DNA from: an uncultured virus (IMG/VR IMGVR_UViG_3300031227_008032)
Lineage: Duplodnaviria; Heunggongvirae; Uroviricota; Caudoviricetes
Length of the DNA stretch: 64,000 nucleotides
Reading direction: 5' to 3' (one strand)
IMG/VR virus record: IMGVR_UViG_3300031227_008032
The translations under genes were made by a program, and so were the position numbers. The notes beneath the pieces are model-generated. The model made no database searches. It saw only the letters and a program-made list of their open reading frames with translations, and was not told the origin of the DNA. This document shows, in pieces, positions 30,504 through 40,768 of this stretch. How positions within the stretch are numbered: the first letter of the stretch is position 1; each line of letters begins with the position of its first letter.

Positions 30504-32555
30504 ATGGCAACATTTAAACAACTACTAGACATAAATGAACAACGAGCAGGAAATGCATTAACACGGTTAGTAGAAAATTTTAACGCTGGAAAGCTTAGTT
30601 TCGAATCTGATCTTCTTGCACAAACAACACAAGAATACTTAAACTTCTTTAACTTACTTGGTAAGCCTACAATAAAACCACGAGAGATGAGAAAAGGAGA
30701 TATACTACGTCTCTCTACTCTTGTATCTCCAATGATAGAATTAAATGAAGACTTATCTGTAGGATTTACACAACTAGATAAACTTAGATCTGCTACTAAA
30801 TCACTAATAAATCTATGTAGTTTAGAACGGTCTGGGATATCAGATATGTTAGCAGATACACAGAGAAAAACAAATGAACTAATACTATGGACAAATGATT
30901 CAGACCCAAACTTTCAATGGGCTGGAGATACACTAAACAGTAATACAAAAATAGATTTAAATATAAGCACAACTTGGTGGTCTTCTACAATAGGAGCAAT
31001 ACAGCTCCCAGTTATTGGAGAAACAACTTTAGCTTATAATGTAGAAAACATAGTAGTTCAAAAACCAACAGTTAGTAATGGAATAGTTGGAGCCGTAGCA
31101 GGAAATAATATGGAAATTTCCGATATAGGATATCCTGCTAATGCTGAAGCAGATGACCAACCATTAGCTCCTACATTTATTGGAAGTGAACAAGTACACT
31201 CTGGGGATTTAAGAAACATAAATGATGAAAATCCAACAACATGGTTTGAATGGGAAAACTATACACTACCAACAGTACAAACATTAAAAGTATTTGGACC
31301 AGATGATTCACGAGGAGCATACATCGCAGACTCAAATGGTAGTCCACATGTTGTAATACATGGACCTATTTGGACCTCAGCAGACCAACAAAATCTAAAA
31401 GCATTATATAAAGATGTTGCTGCTTCTTTAGATTATTCAGAAAACATAACACAAGATTATGGATGGAAGTATTATGTAAAATGGCCAGGAGAGTCTGAAA
31501 GTAGTGGACCATATTGGGTTGTAAGTCCTTACGCAGGATTAGATAGACCAACAACAATATTACCTCTAACAATAATAGTAACATTTGAAACACCAGTAGA
31601 TTTATCTTGGATAGAGCTGACTCCTTATCTACCAACAGATGGACCACCAAAAGAAGATTTAACAAGTGTATCTGTTCTACCTGAAGGAGGAGGAACCTGG
31701 GTAGAGTTACTAGAAAGGCCATTGTATCTTACACCAAATATACAACAACCAATAAACAATACATCAACTGGAATACCAGTAAAAAACACAAATGGAATAG
31801 CAGTAGTAGCTTGTGATGTTCCAAAAGTAAAACAATTAAAACTAGAACTAGCACAACCAGAAGCTTATAAAACTTTAATAGGCCACCAGTTCTTTGTAAA
31901 AGCAACACGAATACAGAACTCCTTCATGAGAGGATTCCCACCAAGAAAAGTAACAAAGGATATAACATACTATAGTAGAGTACCAAATACAGAAGTAGAA
32001 CAACAAACATCTAGTGCTGGTGGTGGAGGATTTCTATCTAACGTAGCAGGTGGAATAATAGGATGGTTACAATATGGAACACCTCTTGGAGCAGCACTTG
32101 GATTTGTATTTGGTGGATTAGGTAGTATCTTTTCTTCATATCACGTAGAAACAGAGCTAGGCGTACAACAATATTTTGATATCTTCGAAGCATATAGATA
32201 CTCAATTGGTATAAAAGATTTAAGATTACTACAACGAGAATATGGTATAACAGGAATACACCAATCAACAGAGTTTTTATTTGAAAAACCAATAAAAGCA
32301 GCTTCACTAATTGTTGGAGAAACAATACCACAATTCTGGCCAACAACCTCAAAGTGGATAACATATCAACTAAGTCCAAATGGGGTAGACTGGTATGATA
32401 TTGAACCACAAAGAGAAGACTTACCAAATACAGTAGTAGAGTTTCCAGAAGAAACAACCTCTATCTATTTTAGAGCAACACTATCAAGACCAGAAAACAA
32501 ACCAAATGGTTCTCCAGTATTAACCTACTATGCTATAAAGGCGGTACCAGTATAG
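30504..32555 (+). CDS. Virion structural protein with discoidin-like domain and glycine-zipper insert
   Basis: INDENPTTWFEWE, ITYQLSPNGVDWYDI, C-terminal SPVLTYYAIK. Confidence 0.6.
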   Translation: MATFKQLLDINEQRAGNALTRLVENFNAGKLSFESDLLAQTTQEYLNFFNLLGKPTIKPREMRKGDILRLSTLVSPMIELNEDLSVGFTQLDKLRSATKSLINLCSLERSGISDMLADTQRKTNELILWTNDSDPNFQWAGDTLNSNTKIDLNISTTWWSSTIGAIQLPVIGETTLAYNVENIVVQKPTVSNGIVGAVAGNNMEISDIGYPANAEADDQPLAPTFIGSEQVHSGDLRNINDENPTTWFEWENYTLPTVQTLKVFGPDDSRGAYIADSNGSPHVVIHGPIWTSADQQNLKALYKDVAASLDYSENITQDYGWKYYVKWPGESESSGPYWVVSPYAGLDRPTTILPLTIIVTFETPVDLSWIELTPYLPTDGPPKEDLTSVSVLPEGGGTWVELLERPLYLTPNIQQPINNTSTGIPVKNTNGIAVVACDVPKVKQLKLELAQPEAYKTLIGHQFFVKATRIQNSFMRGFPPRKVTKDITYYSRVPNTEVEQQTSSAGGGGFLSNVAGGIIGWLQYGTPLGAALGFVFGGLGSIFSSYHVETELGVQQYFDIFEAYRYSIGIKDLRLLQREYGITGIHQSTEFLFEKPIKAASLIVGETIPQFWPTTSKWITYQLSPNGVDWYDIEPQREDLPNTVVEFPEETTSIYFRATLSRPENKPNGSPVLTYYAIKAVPV

Positions 32556-32562
32556 GATTATT

Positions 32563-34752
32563 ATGATAGGCACTAGACAAAAAAAATATCTATTAGATGT
32601 AGTATTAAAGAAACATCTTCAAAAAGGTATAGTTCCATCTATACAAACTTTAATAAATGAAGCAGGTAGAAAACTAGTAGGTAAGATATGGGGAACACCT
32701 ACAACTACACTCAGACCAGCTGTTAGAGGAACACGAGTAGGGGGAGAAAACGGAACAGACATATATGATACCTATACAGAGCTGGCTGATGATACTACAG
32801 TATTGTATAAAGAGATAGTAAACTCGGCAGAAAAAGCTTTAACTCATTATCAATCATTTTCATCAAAGCACTCTTTTCTAAGAAGAAGACTACAAAAAAT
32901 AAATCAAAATATAGAAAGACTATTAAGTTTCTTTTCTAAAGGAGTAAGGTATACATTCTATGATACACTTGTAAGCACAGATAGTATAGACCTATTAGAA
33001 ACCACAGCAGAACTAGACTTAGATGAAGGAGCCGCTATTCTACCAAGAGCGATATCTACGCTCTCACCAATAGATTTATCAAACACAGAAATAATAGAAA
33101 CACTTTTACCACAAGGTATAGAACAATATGGTAGTTTTTATGATATACTTACAAGCTTTCAAAACACAGCATGGCAAGCGGTTTTAAACGATAATACATA
33201 CATAGCAACAATACGTATATCAAATACATTACAAACCATAAATGGGTTTTATGTAGACCCGCTTACATCTCTAAACATTAAAATAGAATGGTCAAATGAT
33301 GGATTTAATTTCTACTCACTGCTAGCAGGAGATATAAATACACCAAAAACCTGGTCATTTGATACAATACAGGCAAATTACTTTAAGATATTTATAACTG
33401 GACAAGATGTAGGTATACGTCAAATAAAACCGCTAGTTATAAACTTTGCCAACAATGCGGTAGTAGAAACAATTACATTAAATGCTTTAGATGTATCTAA
33501 TACAAAAGTTCCTATTCAAATGGCTGAGATATCTGTAGATACTTATCTTCCAAAAGGCACAGATATAAAAGCATACATAACAGCAGATGATATTAACTTG
33601 CCACAAAACTGGATAAGAATAGATACAAACCCAGTAGTATTAGCATCAATACTATCACAAAGTATACAACTAGATAAAAAAGACTTTGTAACTATAGACG
33701 CAAGTACACCTGTACCATTATATTCTTCACTAATTGCTGGAAGTAATGTACTAATAGGAACAGAAGCACTTACAAAAGGAAATAGACAATTCCTTGTAGA
33801 GTATTTCAATTATACATGGAATGATGAAGGAGATCCAAATCATGTACCATCAAAAGCAGACTGGGACAATAGGATAAACGCATTACAAGGATACTTTACT
33901 CCAATATCCACAGCAGCTACATCAGACGCAATAAGCGATGGGGCATGCATGTCAGTAGCAAAAAACATGATGTGTGAAGTAGCAGAACAAACAACTGGAA
34001 CAGCTGAATGGTTAGTAGTTGGTTTGTTGGATGGAGCAGGAAATACACTATTAACCTCTGGAGGAAACTATAGATTTACATCATATATACATACTCCATC
34101 AGATATGTTATTAATAGAACAACCATGTCTAGTATATAATCCAGCTGTATATGGCGGAACAGGTTCTCCAGTTGTTGCTCCTTTCCATATATATTTAAAT
34201 GATAGATCTATACTATATTCAAAAACTTCATTTACAAACTTAGAAAGTGTAGGGATAAATGACTATACGGCTACATACTCATTTAAAAAAGGATGGAATA
34301 AGTTAGAAATATATATGTATTTTCCAGGAATAGGGGCTACTGATGTTGATCAAACAGGATTAGCAACATCAGCAGTTGGATTATACTTTAGACCAAACAT
34401 ACTAGGATTTGATACAACGTCTTATAAAGTACAAGCTACATATGGATATCAAAAAAATATATCAGAATTTGAGCTAAAGTATTCTATACCTCTTGGATCA
34501 AAAGATTATTGGGCATGGGCAAGTAGACTAGACCCAAACTCTTCTTGGAAAGTATTACTAAACTTTGATCCAACACAAAGTTCAGCAGTATTAGATGGAA
34601 TAAACCTTCCAATGAAACCAGTATTACATCTAAATTTCAATAGAAGTAGTGAAGATATGTTAAATGCCATAAGATTAAAGTTTGAACTTTCAAAAACATC
34701 AGAAGTAAATACAACACCAAAACTATATGGTTATACACTTTACTTAAATTAG
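32563..34752 (+). CDS. Virion structural protein (paralog family with 27206, 30504 and 35002)
   Basis: IEWSNDGFNFY discoidin-like motif, FKKGWNKLEI, C-terminal TPKLYGYTL. Confidence 0.6.
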   Translation: MIGTRQKKYLLDVVLKKHLQKGIVPSIQTLINEAGRKLVGKIWGTPTTTLRPAVRGTRVGGENGTDIYDTYTELADDTTVLYKEIVNSAEKALTHYQSFSSKHSFLRRRLQKINQNIERLLSFFSKGVRYTFYDTLVSTDSIDLLETTAELDLDEGAAILPRAISTLSPIDLSNTEIIETLLPQGIEQYGSFYDILTSFQNTAWQAVLNDNTYIATIRISNTLQTINGFYVDPLTSLNIKIEWSNDGFNFYSLLAGDINTPKTWSFDTIQANYFKIFITGQDVGIRQIKPLVINFANNAVVETITLNALDVSNTKVPIQMAEISVDTYLPKGTDIKAYITADDINLPQNWIRIDTNPVVLASILSQSIQLDKKDFVTIDASTPVPLYSSLIAGSNVLIGTEALTKGNRQFLVEYFNYTWNDEGDPNHVPSKADWDNRINALQGYFTPISTAATSDAISDGACMSVAKNMMCEVAEQTTGTAEWLVVGLLDGAGNTLLTSGGNYRFTSYIHTPSDMLLIEQPCLVYNPAVYGGTGSPVVAPFHIYLNDRSILYSKTSFTNLESVGINDYTATYSFKKGWNKLEIYMYFPGIGATDVDQTGLATSAVGLYFRPNILGFDTTSYKVQATYGYQKNISEFELKYSIPLGSKDYWAWASRLDPNSSWKVLLNFDPTQSSAVLDGINLPMKPVLHLNFNRSSEDMLNAIRLKFELSKTSEVNTTPKLYGYTLYLN

Positions 34753-34763
34753 GAAAACATCAA

Positions 34764-35000
34764 ATGCAAACACCACCAGTAAACTTTAGATATAGAGGAT
34801 TAAGAGAATCTAGAAAATTTGTAGTTCAATTAGGTGCTTCAGTAAGTGACTTAACAAAACTAGTAAGATCAACAGCTGGATTAGAAAACTCTTATGAAAC
34901 ACAAATTCCAAGTAATTTTACAACTTTAGATACAACATATCAGGCAGCACTGCAAAAAGCAAAACTGCTCGTAGGCTTTGCAAGGAGAATCATATACTAA
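34764..35000 (+). CDS. Small virion-associated protein
   Basis: 78 aa with N-terminal RYRG.RES.K; sits within the structural operon. Confidence 0.5.
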   Translation: MQTPPVNFRYRGLRESRKFVVQLGASVSDLTKLVRSTAGLENSYETQIPSNFTTLDTTYQAALQKAKLLVGFARRIIY

Positions 35001-35001
35001 T

Positions 35002-36117
35002 ATGCTAAGATCAGCACATAATCTAATAGAAACAGCAAACAATCCAACTATTAATCGTGGTGGACAATCAAGTTCAGATATAATACAAAGTATGAATGAT
35101 AATCTACGAAGTGATCTACTAACATTGACATCACGAATAGCTAAGTTAGAGACAGCAATAGCAATATCAAATAACATATTCACAGCACAATCCACCGCCC
35201 TTGCTTCAAAAATAACATCTCTAAATACGTCATTAACAACCTTAGCTTCTGGTCTTGGAACAACCTACAATACTACAATAGTAGATATGTATACACTAGA
35301 AGGAATATCTCCTCCAACAGATACATCAGCAACTTCAGCAGATGTAAATCTTACATATGGACAAGCAACTCTAAACATAACAAACACACAAGACAAGCTA
35401 GTAACAGAAGATTCAAATGGAGATATTTGGATACCAGATTCTTCTAGTATAGGTTACGTAAGTACACCTGCAGCCACAATTGTACCACAAGAATATGAAT
35501 ATTTATATGATGATAATTATATCTATTGTCTAGACCAAAGATTAGATACAGCATGGACAAGAGAAGTTTCAGAAACATGTGACGTATGGATAAAAGCAAA
35601 AATACCAGCAGAGGTATTTACAAATGCTTTAGCAAATACAATAATATTACATCCGTTTCCAACGCTTACACATACACTTGTATCAGTAGAATATAAAAAC
35701 TTACTTGGATCTTGGATCTCTTGTGATTTAGCTTATTTACCAGGCTATAATGGAGCAACAGTACCTTTAATTGGAAATACAAGACTACTTTTTCCAGCAA
35801 CGGATATCTCAGAAATACGAATACGACTACGTATAGTAGACGCATCTAGCTTGTATTGGGGATTTACAAAATTAGAATTAAAGATGTTAGACTTCTCAGC
35901 AACTAGCTCTTTAAATGTAAACTTTGCCCCTACAGTAGCAGACTCAACATACAACAGTCCAACATATACTTTATTTGGAAAATCACCAGCAGCTCTTGCG
36001 TATATATCAAAAACAGTAAATGGTGGATCAGGAAAGAAAGTAGAATTAGCACTAACACAGCAATCAGCTGGTAGTACTCCATTACTAACTTACGTTCAAT
36101 CCGAATGGAGTTCTTAA
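35002..36117 (+). CDS. Virion structural protein (coiled coil plus beta-sandwich)
   Basis: ATG at 35002 follows an AGGAG RBS. Heptad region, CLDQRLDTAWT, ANTIILHPFP, C-terminal TPLLTYVQ. Confidence 0.6.
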   Translation: MLRSAHNLIETANNPTINRGGQSSSDIIQSMNDNLRSDLLTLTSRIAKLETAIAISNNIFTAQSTALASKITSLNTSLTTLASGLGTTYNTTIVDMYTLEGISPPTDTSATSADVNLTYGQATLNITNTQDKLVTEDSNGDIWIPDSSSIGYVSTPAATIVPQEYEYLYDDNYIYCLDQRLDTAWTREVSETCDVWIKAKIPAEVFTNALANTIILHPFPTLTHTLVSVEYKNLLGSWISCDLAYLPGYNGATVPLIGNTRLLFPATDISEIRIRLRIVDASSLYWGFTKLELKMLDFSATSSLNVNFAPTVADSTYNSPTYTLFGKSPAALAYISKTVNGGSGKKVELALTQQSAGSTPLLTYVQSEWSS

Positions 36118-36134
36118 TTTGACAAATAAAAAAC

Positions 36135-36163
36135 TTGAAAAAAATGATAAAATATGCTATAAT
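36135..36163 (+). promoter_or_regulatory. Near-consensus sigma70/SigA promoter
   Basis: TTGAAA-17 nt-TATAAT with TGn extended -10. Confidence 0.75.
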
Positions 36164-36252
36164 ATATAATAGTAAAGGCATCTAATAGCCTGACAAATAT
36201 TAGAATGTATTTCCAATTAAAAAAGGAAATCCATTTAGAAGGAAAAGAAACC

Positions 36253-36855
36253 ATGTCAAATAATCAAGAACAACCACAACAGCAACAACGAAGAACAGTA
36301 ATTACTAAAGTAAATACACAAAGTAAATCTGCTGGAAGAGTAATGGATTTCTCACATCTTGGAGAATTTGAATTAACCAAAGATGAACTAAGTGAAGGAA
36401 AGCTTGTACTAAGTTTAACTGAATATGATCCAAGTGGTAATAAACCATCAAAACATATACAGCACTTTTTACCTATAGCAAAAGCTAGAGCATTTTTTCA
36501 TAAGATGTTAAATGGCACATTAAAGCAAGGAATAGTATTAGAAAATTTTGGAGGAGGAACAGGCGCGGCAGTAAAACAACCAGACATACCATTTATTTCT
36601 AGAACTCTAAAAATAGAATACAAGGATAAAGATAAGGATGGTAATCCTCTTCGTATAGGACCTGCTATACAGTTTTCATTAGAGATATTTGAAGCAGATA
36701 AAACACCAAATGGTGGCTTCATGAAGAAGGGAAATACTCCAATTATAGCTGGATTTATCATGATAAATCTACAAGTAGCACAAGAAGCAGCTACAACTGT
36801 AACAGAGTATTTAAGAGCTAAAGAAATAGCAGCAATGCTAAACAAAGCTATATAA
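36253..36855 (+). CDS. Hypothetical protein (possibly nucleic-acid binding)
   Basis: 200-aa ORF with phage-like codon use downstream of a strong promoter; likely start MSNNQEQ after GAAGG. Confidence 0.55.
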   Translation: MSNNQEQPQQQQRRTVITKVNTQSKSAGRVMDFSHLGEFELTKDELSEGKLVLSLTEYDPSGNKPSKHIQHFLPIAKARAFFHKMLNGTLKQGIVLENFGGGTGAAVKQPDIPFISRTLKIEYKDKDKDGNPLRIGPAIQFSLEIFEADKTPNGGFMKKGNTPIIAGFIMINLQVAQEAATTVTEYLRAKEIAAMLNKAI

Positions 36856-36888
36856 ACCATCCATTCTCCATAATAAAGATATACGCGC

Positions 36889-36964
36889 TCCTCGATAGCT
36901 TAATTGGCAAAGCACTCGACTGTTAATCGAGGTAGTCCTGGTTCGATTCCAGGTCGAGGAGCCA
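36889..36964 (+). tRNA. trnN: tRNA-Asn(GTT)
   Basis: Acceptor TCCTCGA/TCGAGGA, anticodon arm CTCGA-CTGTTAA-TCGAG, TTCGATT T-loop, G73, encoded CCA. Confidence 0.95.
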
Positions 36965-37021
36965 TCTTCCACATGACACGCACGACACATCTACCTACCT
37001 CTACAGGATTACATACATATA

Positions 37022-39553
37022 ATGACAAGCTATACTTATCCAAATATACCAACACATATAAATATAACTCTAGGACAAGATGTTGGAGAAACTCTTCCTA
37101 CTGCTACAACAACAGCACAAGTACCTTTAGATTTATTAGGAGGAATTGGAAATTTTACAGTAGCAGGTACATATGTAGACTGGACATCTTACTATACAAA
37201 CATAGTAACAGATCCAGTTACAGGGCTTGACTATACAGCAAATCCAAAAGAAATATGGACATATCCAATGTCTGACGATATTGCACAACTAAATTGTGGA
37301 TTTGTATTATCTGGAACAACAGATGAAACTGGAGTTGGATGGTGTAGACGTTCAAGTGCCACTATACACCCAACTGGAAACATAAAATACCAATTAGCAG
37401 ATGGAGAAGGTGTAAGTGGAACAGTTGCACAATACTTTGGTATAACTGGAGCAACAACAGGTAGTAGTTGGATAGGGCTAGTTTTACCCTATGGTACACT
37501 AATAACAAATCTATCAAATACTGCTAGTACCGCATATCCAACATGGTGTGGAAGAGATGATACACTAGAACTTGTAGTTGATCATTTAAAGATTTCTGAA
37601 AATCTAGAAAATATACCAGGAATAATAGATCCAAAGATATATATAAGACTAGCTACCCTAGCTACCTTACCTGCCGATAATCAAACCTCAGAATATGCTT
37701 ATGCAGATATAACTTCTACAGAGACACAATCACTGTCAACTACACTTACTATTACAGGAACAACTAACCCCTTACCAATATATGCAAGTACTTATATTAG
37801 CTATTCAGGGACAACGCCGTCCACAGCAGATTTTGGAATATATATAGATAACATACATGTATATGTAGTACGTGATGGAAGTAGAATAATGGTAAATATA
37901 CCATCTACTGGGAATGGATCTCCATATAATATTGCAAGCTTTACTTCAGCTTGCATTGATATCTATAAACAAGCATCACTAAATAGTTCATTTATGGCTT
38001 TTTCCTCCATTGGACAAGACACTAAAAAACAAAGACTAAATTACTATAATCCAAATTGTAAATATATGATGTATATTACACCAGGAAGAGTAATAATAGC
38101 AACAGCACAAGCTTTAATAGACGCTGAAAACGATAATTTACCAGCTATGCCTAATACATTAGGTTTCTATGATGTAGCAAATAACAATCCAGAATGGTTA
38201 ATATCGGGAGGGCTTGGTGTATCTGGTTTTGTTTATTTCGGATCATATCCAACTAGTTATTACACAAACTTTGATAATAGTGAATACATAAACGCATCCA
38301 TACCTCCAATATTAGAAAAACTACAACGTCATACCTATACGTATATGTTTGTAGATGATACTACCGTATTAACAGAATATACTTCTTCTGGCCTTATATT
38401 ACAGCCAGAAAGACTGGCGTGGATGACACAAAACATGATAAAATCACTATGTACCTCAGCACATGCTCTTGGTTATTATGTTTGGAGAAATGCTTATGGT
38501 GAAAACATATCAGATGTTAGTTCAACAGATGAACTATTAGTCAAACAAAACTGGGTACCAACAGCAACATACCCAGCATCAGACGGATATACAGCCAATA
38601 CAGCAGACAACTCAACAGATGGAACATCAAATGAAATTGCATTTAGTAACTATGCTGTAGTTGACTCAGCAAGTTTTTCAGTAAATGGTACAGTAACTCT
38701 AGGCTCAAATAATGATGGAACAGGAGATAAAATTTACCTAGATATTGGAGATATACCTAGTGTATATAAGTGTGAATTTACTGATGGAACAGGAGCATCT
38801 GGTGGGTTTTTTGAAATGATACCAACATCACAAGATGATGACGCAATAGCTCTATCAATATACTCTGCCATGGAAAATGGGTTTATTATGAACTACCCAT
38901 ACCTAGAAAGTTTAAACTATGTAAATGGTGGAACAGAGGTAAGTTTTACAGCACTTCCAGCACACAATCTTGATTTAATAACAACAACAGCAACAGCAAT
39001 TACTATAGCAACAACATCAAATACAGTAGTTAGTGGAAGCTATGCCTCTGGATATTGGGTAGATTGTATCAATGATATGCACACAATTGAGCAATGGAAT
39101 GAAACAAATACACGTCCACAGTATTTAAATATGTATGTAAAACTGAAGGATCCAGCCATAGACCCAGCAATAGTTGCAGATAATCCAAACTACCCAAAAC
39201 AAGGTTGGGCATATTTTGGATTAGCAAGCTATCTACTTGGAGAAAACGCATATACAAGTCTTGGAATGGCAAAATATATACCAGGAACCAACTCGGAAAC
39301 AATTTACTTAGACTATACGCCTTTAGCAAGTCTAGGAACCTGGACATCAACAGCAGTAGCAGTAACTGAAGGGAAAGACGCTTTCCAAAAACGAACAGCC
39401 ACAAATGGAATTGTCTTAGCAAATAGTTATGCTACAAATAAAACATGGACAGCTACTAACGATTGCAGAGACGCATACGGAACAGGAACCTGGGACTCAG
39501 GAAATACTGTAACACTTCCACCACATACAGGAGGAATACTAATATTCACATAA
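37022..39553 (+). CDS. Large protein with C-terminal putative glycoside hydrolase (GHL15-like) domain
   Basis: C-terminal FGLASYLLG...LG...R.ATNGIVLAN...TVTLPPHTGGIL and mid-protein MFVDD match GHL15-type hydrolases; Thr/Ser-rich inserts. Confidence 0.55.
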   Translation: MTSYTYPNIPTHINITLGQDVGETLPTATTTAQVPLDLLGGIGNFTVAGTYVDWTSYYTNIVTDPVTGLDYTANPKEIWTYPMSDDIAQLNCGFVLSGTTDETGVGWCRRSSATIHPTGNIKYQLADGEGVSGTVAQYFGITGATTGSSWIGLVLPYGTLITNLSNTASTAYPTWCGRDDTLELVVDHLKISENLENIPGIIDPKIYIRLATLATLPADNQTSEYAYADITSTETQSLSTTLTITGTTNPLPIYASTYISYSGTTPSTADFGIYIDNIHVYVVRDGSRIMVNIPSTGNGSPYNIASFTSACIDIYKQASLNSSFMAFSSIGQDTKKQRLNYYNPNCKYMMYITPGRVIIATAQALIDAENDNLPAMPNTLGFYDVANNNPEWLISGGLGVSGFVYFGSYPTSYYTNFDNSEYINASIPPILEKLQRHTYTYMFVDDTTVLTEYTSSGLILQPERLAWMTQNMIKSLCTSAHALGYYVWRNAYGENISDVSSTDELLVKQNWVPTATYPASDGYTANTADNSTDGTSNEIAFSNYAVVDSASFSVNGTVTLGSNNDGTGDKIYLDIGDIPSVYKCEFTDGTGASGGFFEMIPTSQDDDAIALSIYSAMENGFIMNYPYLESLNYVNGGTEVSFTALPAHNLDLITTTATAITIATTSNTVVSGSYASGYWVDCINDMHTIEQWNETNTRPQYLNMYVKLKDPAIDPAIVADNPNYPKQGWAYFGLASYLLGENAYTSLGMAKYIPGTNSETIYLDYTPLASLGTWTSTAVAVTEGKDAFQKRTATNGIVLANSYATNKTWTATNDCRDAYGTGTWDSGNTVTLPPHTGGILIFT

Positions 39554-39588
39554 TAACAGAACACCAATTAAATAGAGCAATAGAAGGT

Positions 39589-39774
39589 ATGTGGGATAAT
39601 ATAAAAATCGACATAGCTGCTAATAAATGTAAAAATATAATAGTATATACAATAAAAAACTTCAGTGTAGTAAGTTGGTCAAAAGTATTACTAAAAGGAG
39701 GAACTATAACACATACAGCAAATGTAACAAGAAAAACCACACTAGATAGTCTAAAAGAAAAACTACATGAATAA
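39589..39774 (+). CDS. Hypothetical protein
   Basis: ATG after GAAGGT; the 3' end overlaps the start of the next ORF. Confidence 0.35.
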   Translation: MWDNIKIDIAANKCKNIIVYTIKNFSVVSWSKVLLKGGTITHTANVTRKTTLDSLKEKLHE

Positions 39775-39919
39775 TACATCCTCCTACCCACAACCAATAT
39801 TGTGTCCTAAATGTGGTAACAACATAGGTTACAATGTGTATCTACAAACATATATGTGTAAGCATTGTAACTATAGAAAATTTCTATCTAAACCTAAAGG
39901 CAAAGATAGAATTGTATAA
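39767..39919 (+). CDS. 50-aa zinc-ribbon protein (not in ORF track)
   Basis: MNNTSSYPQPILCPKCGNNIGYNVYLQTYMCKHCNYRKFLSKPKGKDRIV*. Confidence 0.65.
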   Translation: MNNTSSYPQPILCPKCGNNIGYNVYLQTYMCKHCNYRKFLSKPKGKDRIV

Positions 39920-39932
39920 GAAGGAGCAAAAA

Positions 39933-40253
39933 ATGTTAGATATTGGATATTGTTTCTTTTCAGCACATGATAACAATGGAACACCTATAGATAATATAAC
40001 AATACAATGTGCATCAAATCTATTAACAACAGGAATAAGAGGAAATGCTCCAATAATAGAAATGGAGCCAGGTACATATAACTATACAGCAACAAAAAAA
40101 GGATTTAAAGACTCACGGGGGTGTATTACTGTCTATCATTCATCTGCAACAATAATAGATATTAAGTTAGACCAAGAAATAAAAATAAACGCAAACTCAT
40201 TTGCAAACATATCTGTAGTACAAGCAAGCTCTAAAATGGATATTATTTACTAG
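39933..40253 (+). CDS. PEGA/carboxypeptidase-regulatory-like beta-sandwich protein
   Basis: AAGGAG RBS before ATG 39933; D.NGTPI.N.TI...MEPGTYNYTATKKGF. Confidence 0.55.
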   Translation: MLDIGYCFFSAHDNNGTPIDNITIQCASNLLTTGIRGNAPIIEMEPGTYNYTATKKGFKDSRGCITVYHSSATIIDIKLDQEIKINANSFANISVVQASSKMDIIY

Positions 40254-40307
40254 AAAAAATTATAGAAATATACTATAATATAGAAAGAAGGAGGATAATA
40301 AAGACTA

Positions 40308-40766
40308 ATGAATACAACTAGTAACTCTATTTTATTTCTAGATGATGATGTAACAAGAGGGGATATATTCTTAAAACAATATCCAAATGCTACATGGGTA
40401 AAGACTGCTCAAGAATGTATAGATATACTACCAAAAAAAGAATGGAGTACAATATATCTTGACCATGACCTCGGAGGTAGAGTCTATGTTTCAACTGAAG
40501 ATGAAAACTGCGGAACAACTGTAGTAAAGTATATAGTAAATAACTATACACCAGAAAATCTAAAAGTAGAGTTTATAATACATTCTCTAAATTATCCAGC
40601 ATCAGTAAGTATGGGACAACACTTAGCAGCAGCTGGATTTATGGATGTATCTTATATTCCTTTTGGAACAAAAAAGAACTTTAGAAATAGTATATTTCAA
40701 GAAATACTAACAAGTACATATCAAAGAATGCTAGAAGTAAAACTAAAGCAAGAGCATATAATATAG
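40308..40766 (+). CDS. Cyclic-phosphate-processing receiver (cREC) domain protein
   Basis: ILFLDDD..R, W.K.A.E.I..L, IYLDHDLG, G..V..YI, IIHSLN signature; strong AGGAGG RBS. Confidence 0.8.
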   Translation: MNTTSNSILFLDDDVTRGDIFLKQYPNATWVKTAQECIDILPKKEWSTIYLDHDLGGRVYVSTEDENCGTTVVKYIVNNYTPENLKVEFIIHSLNYPASVSMGQHLAAAGFMDVSYIPFGTKKNFRNSIFQEILTSTYQRMLEVKLKQEHII

Positions 40767-40768
40767 TA

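Noticed and set aside
1..36117. Bacterial contractile injection system (eCIS/T6SS/tailocin) rather than phage
   Set aside because: It is contiguous and compositionally uniform with tRNAs, a DnaB-like helicase, dCMP deaminase, HNH and other typical large-phage genes.
36904..37230. 108-aa + strand ORF (and the track start at 47166)
   Set aside because: They begin inside tRNA-Asn and tRNA-Gly respectively; the first also overlaps the 843-aa gene out of frame.
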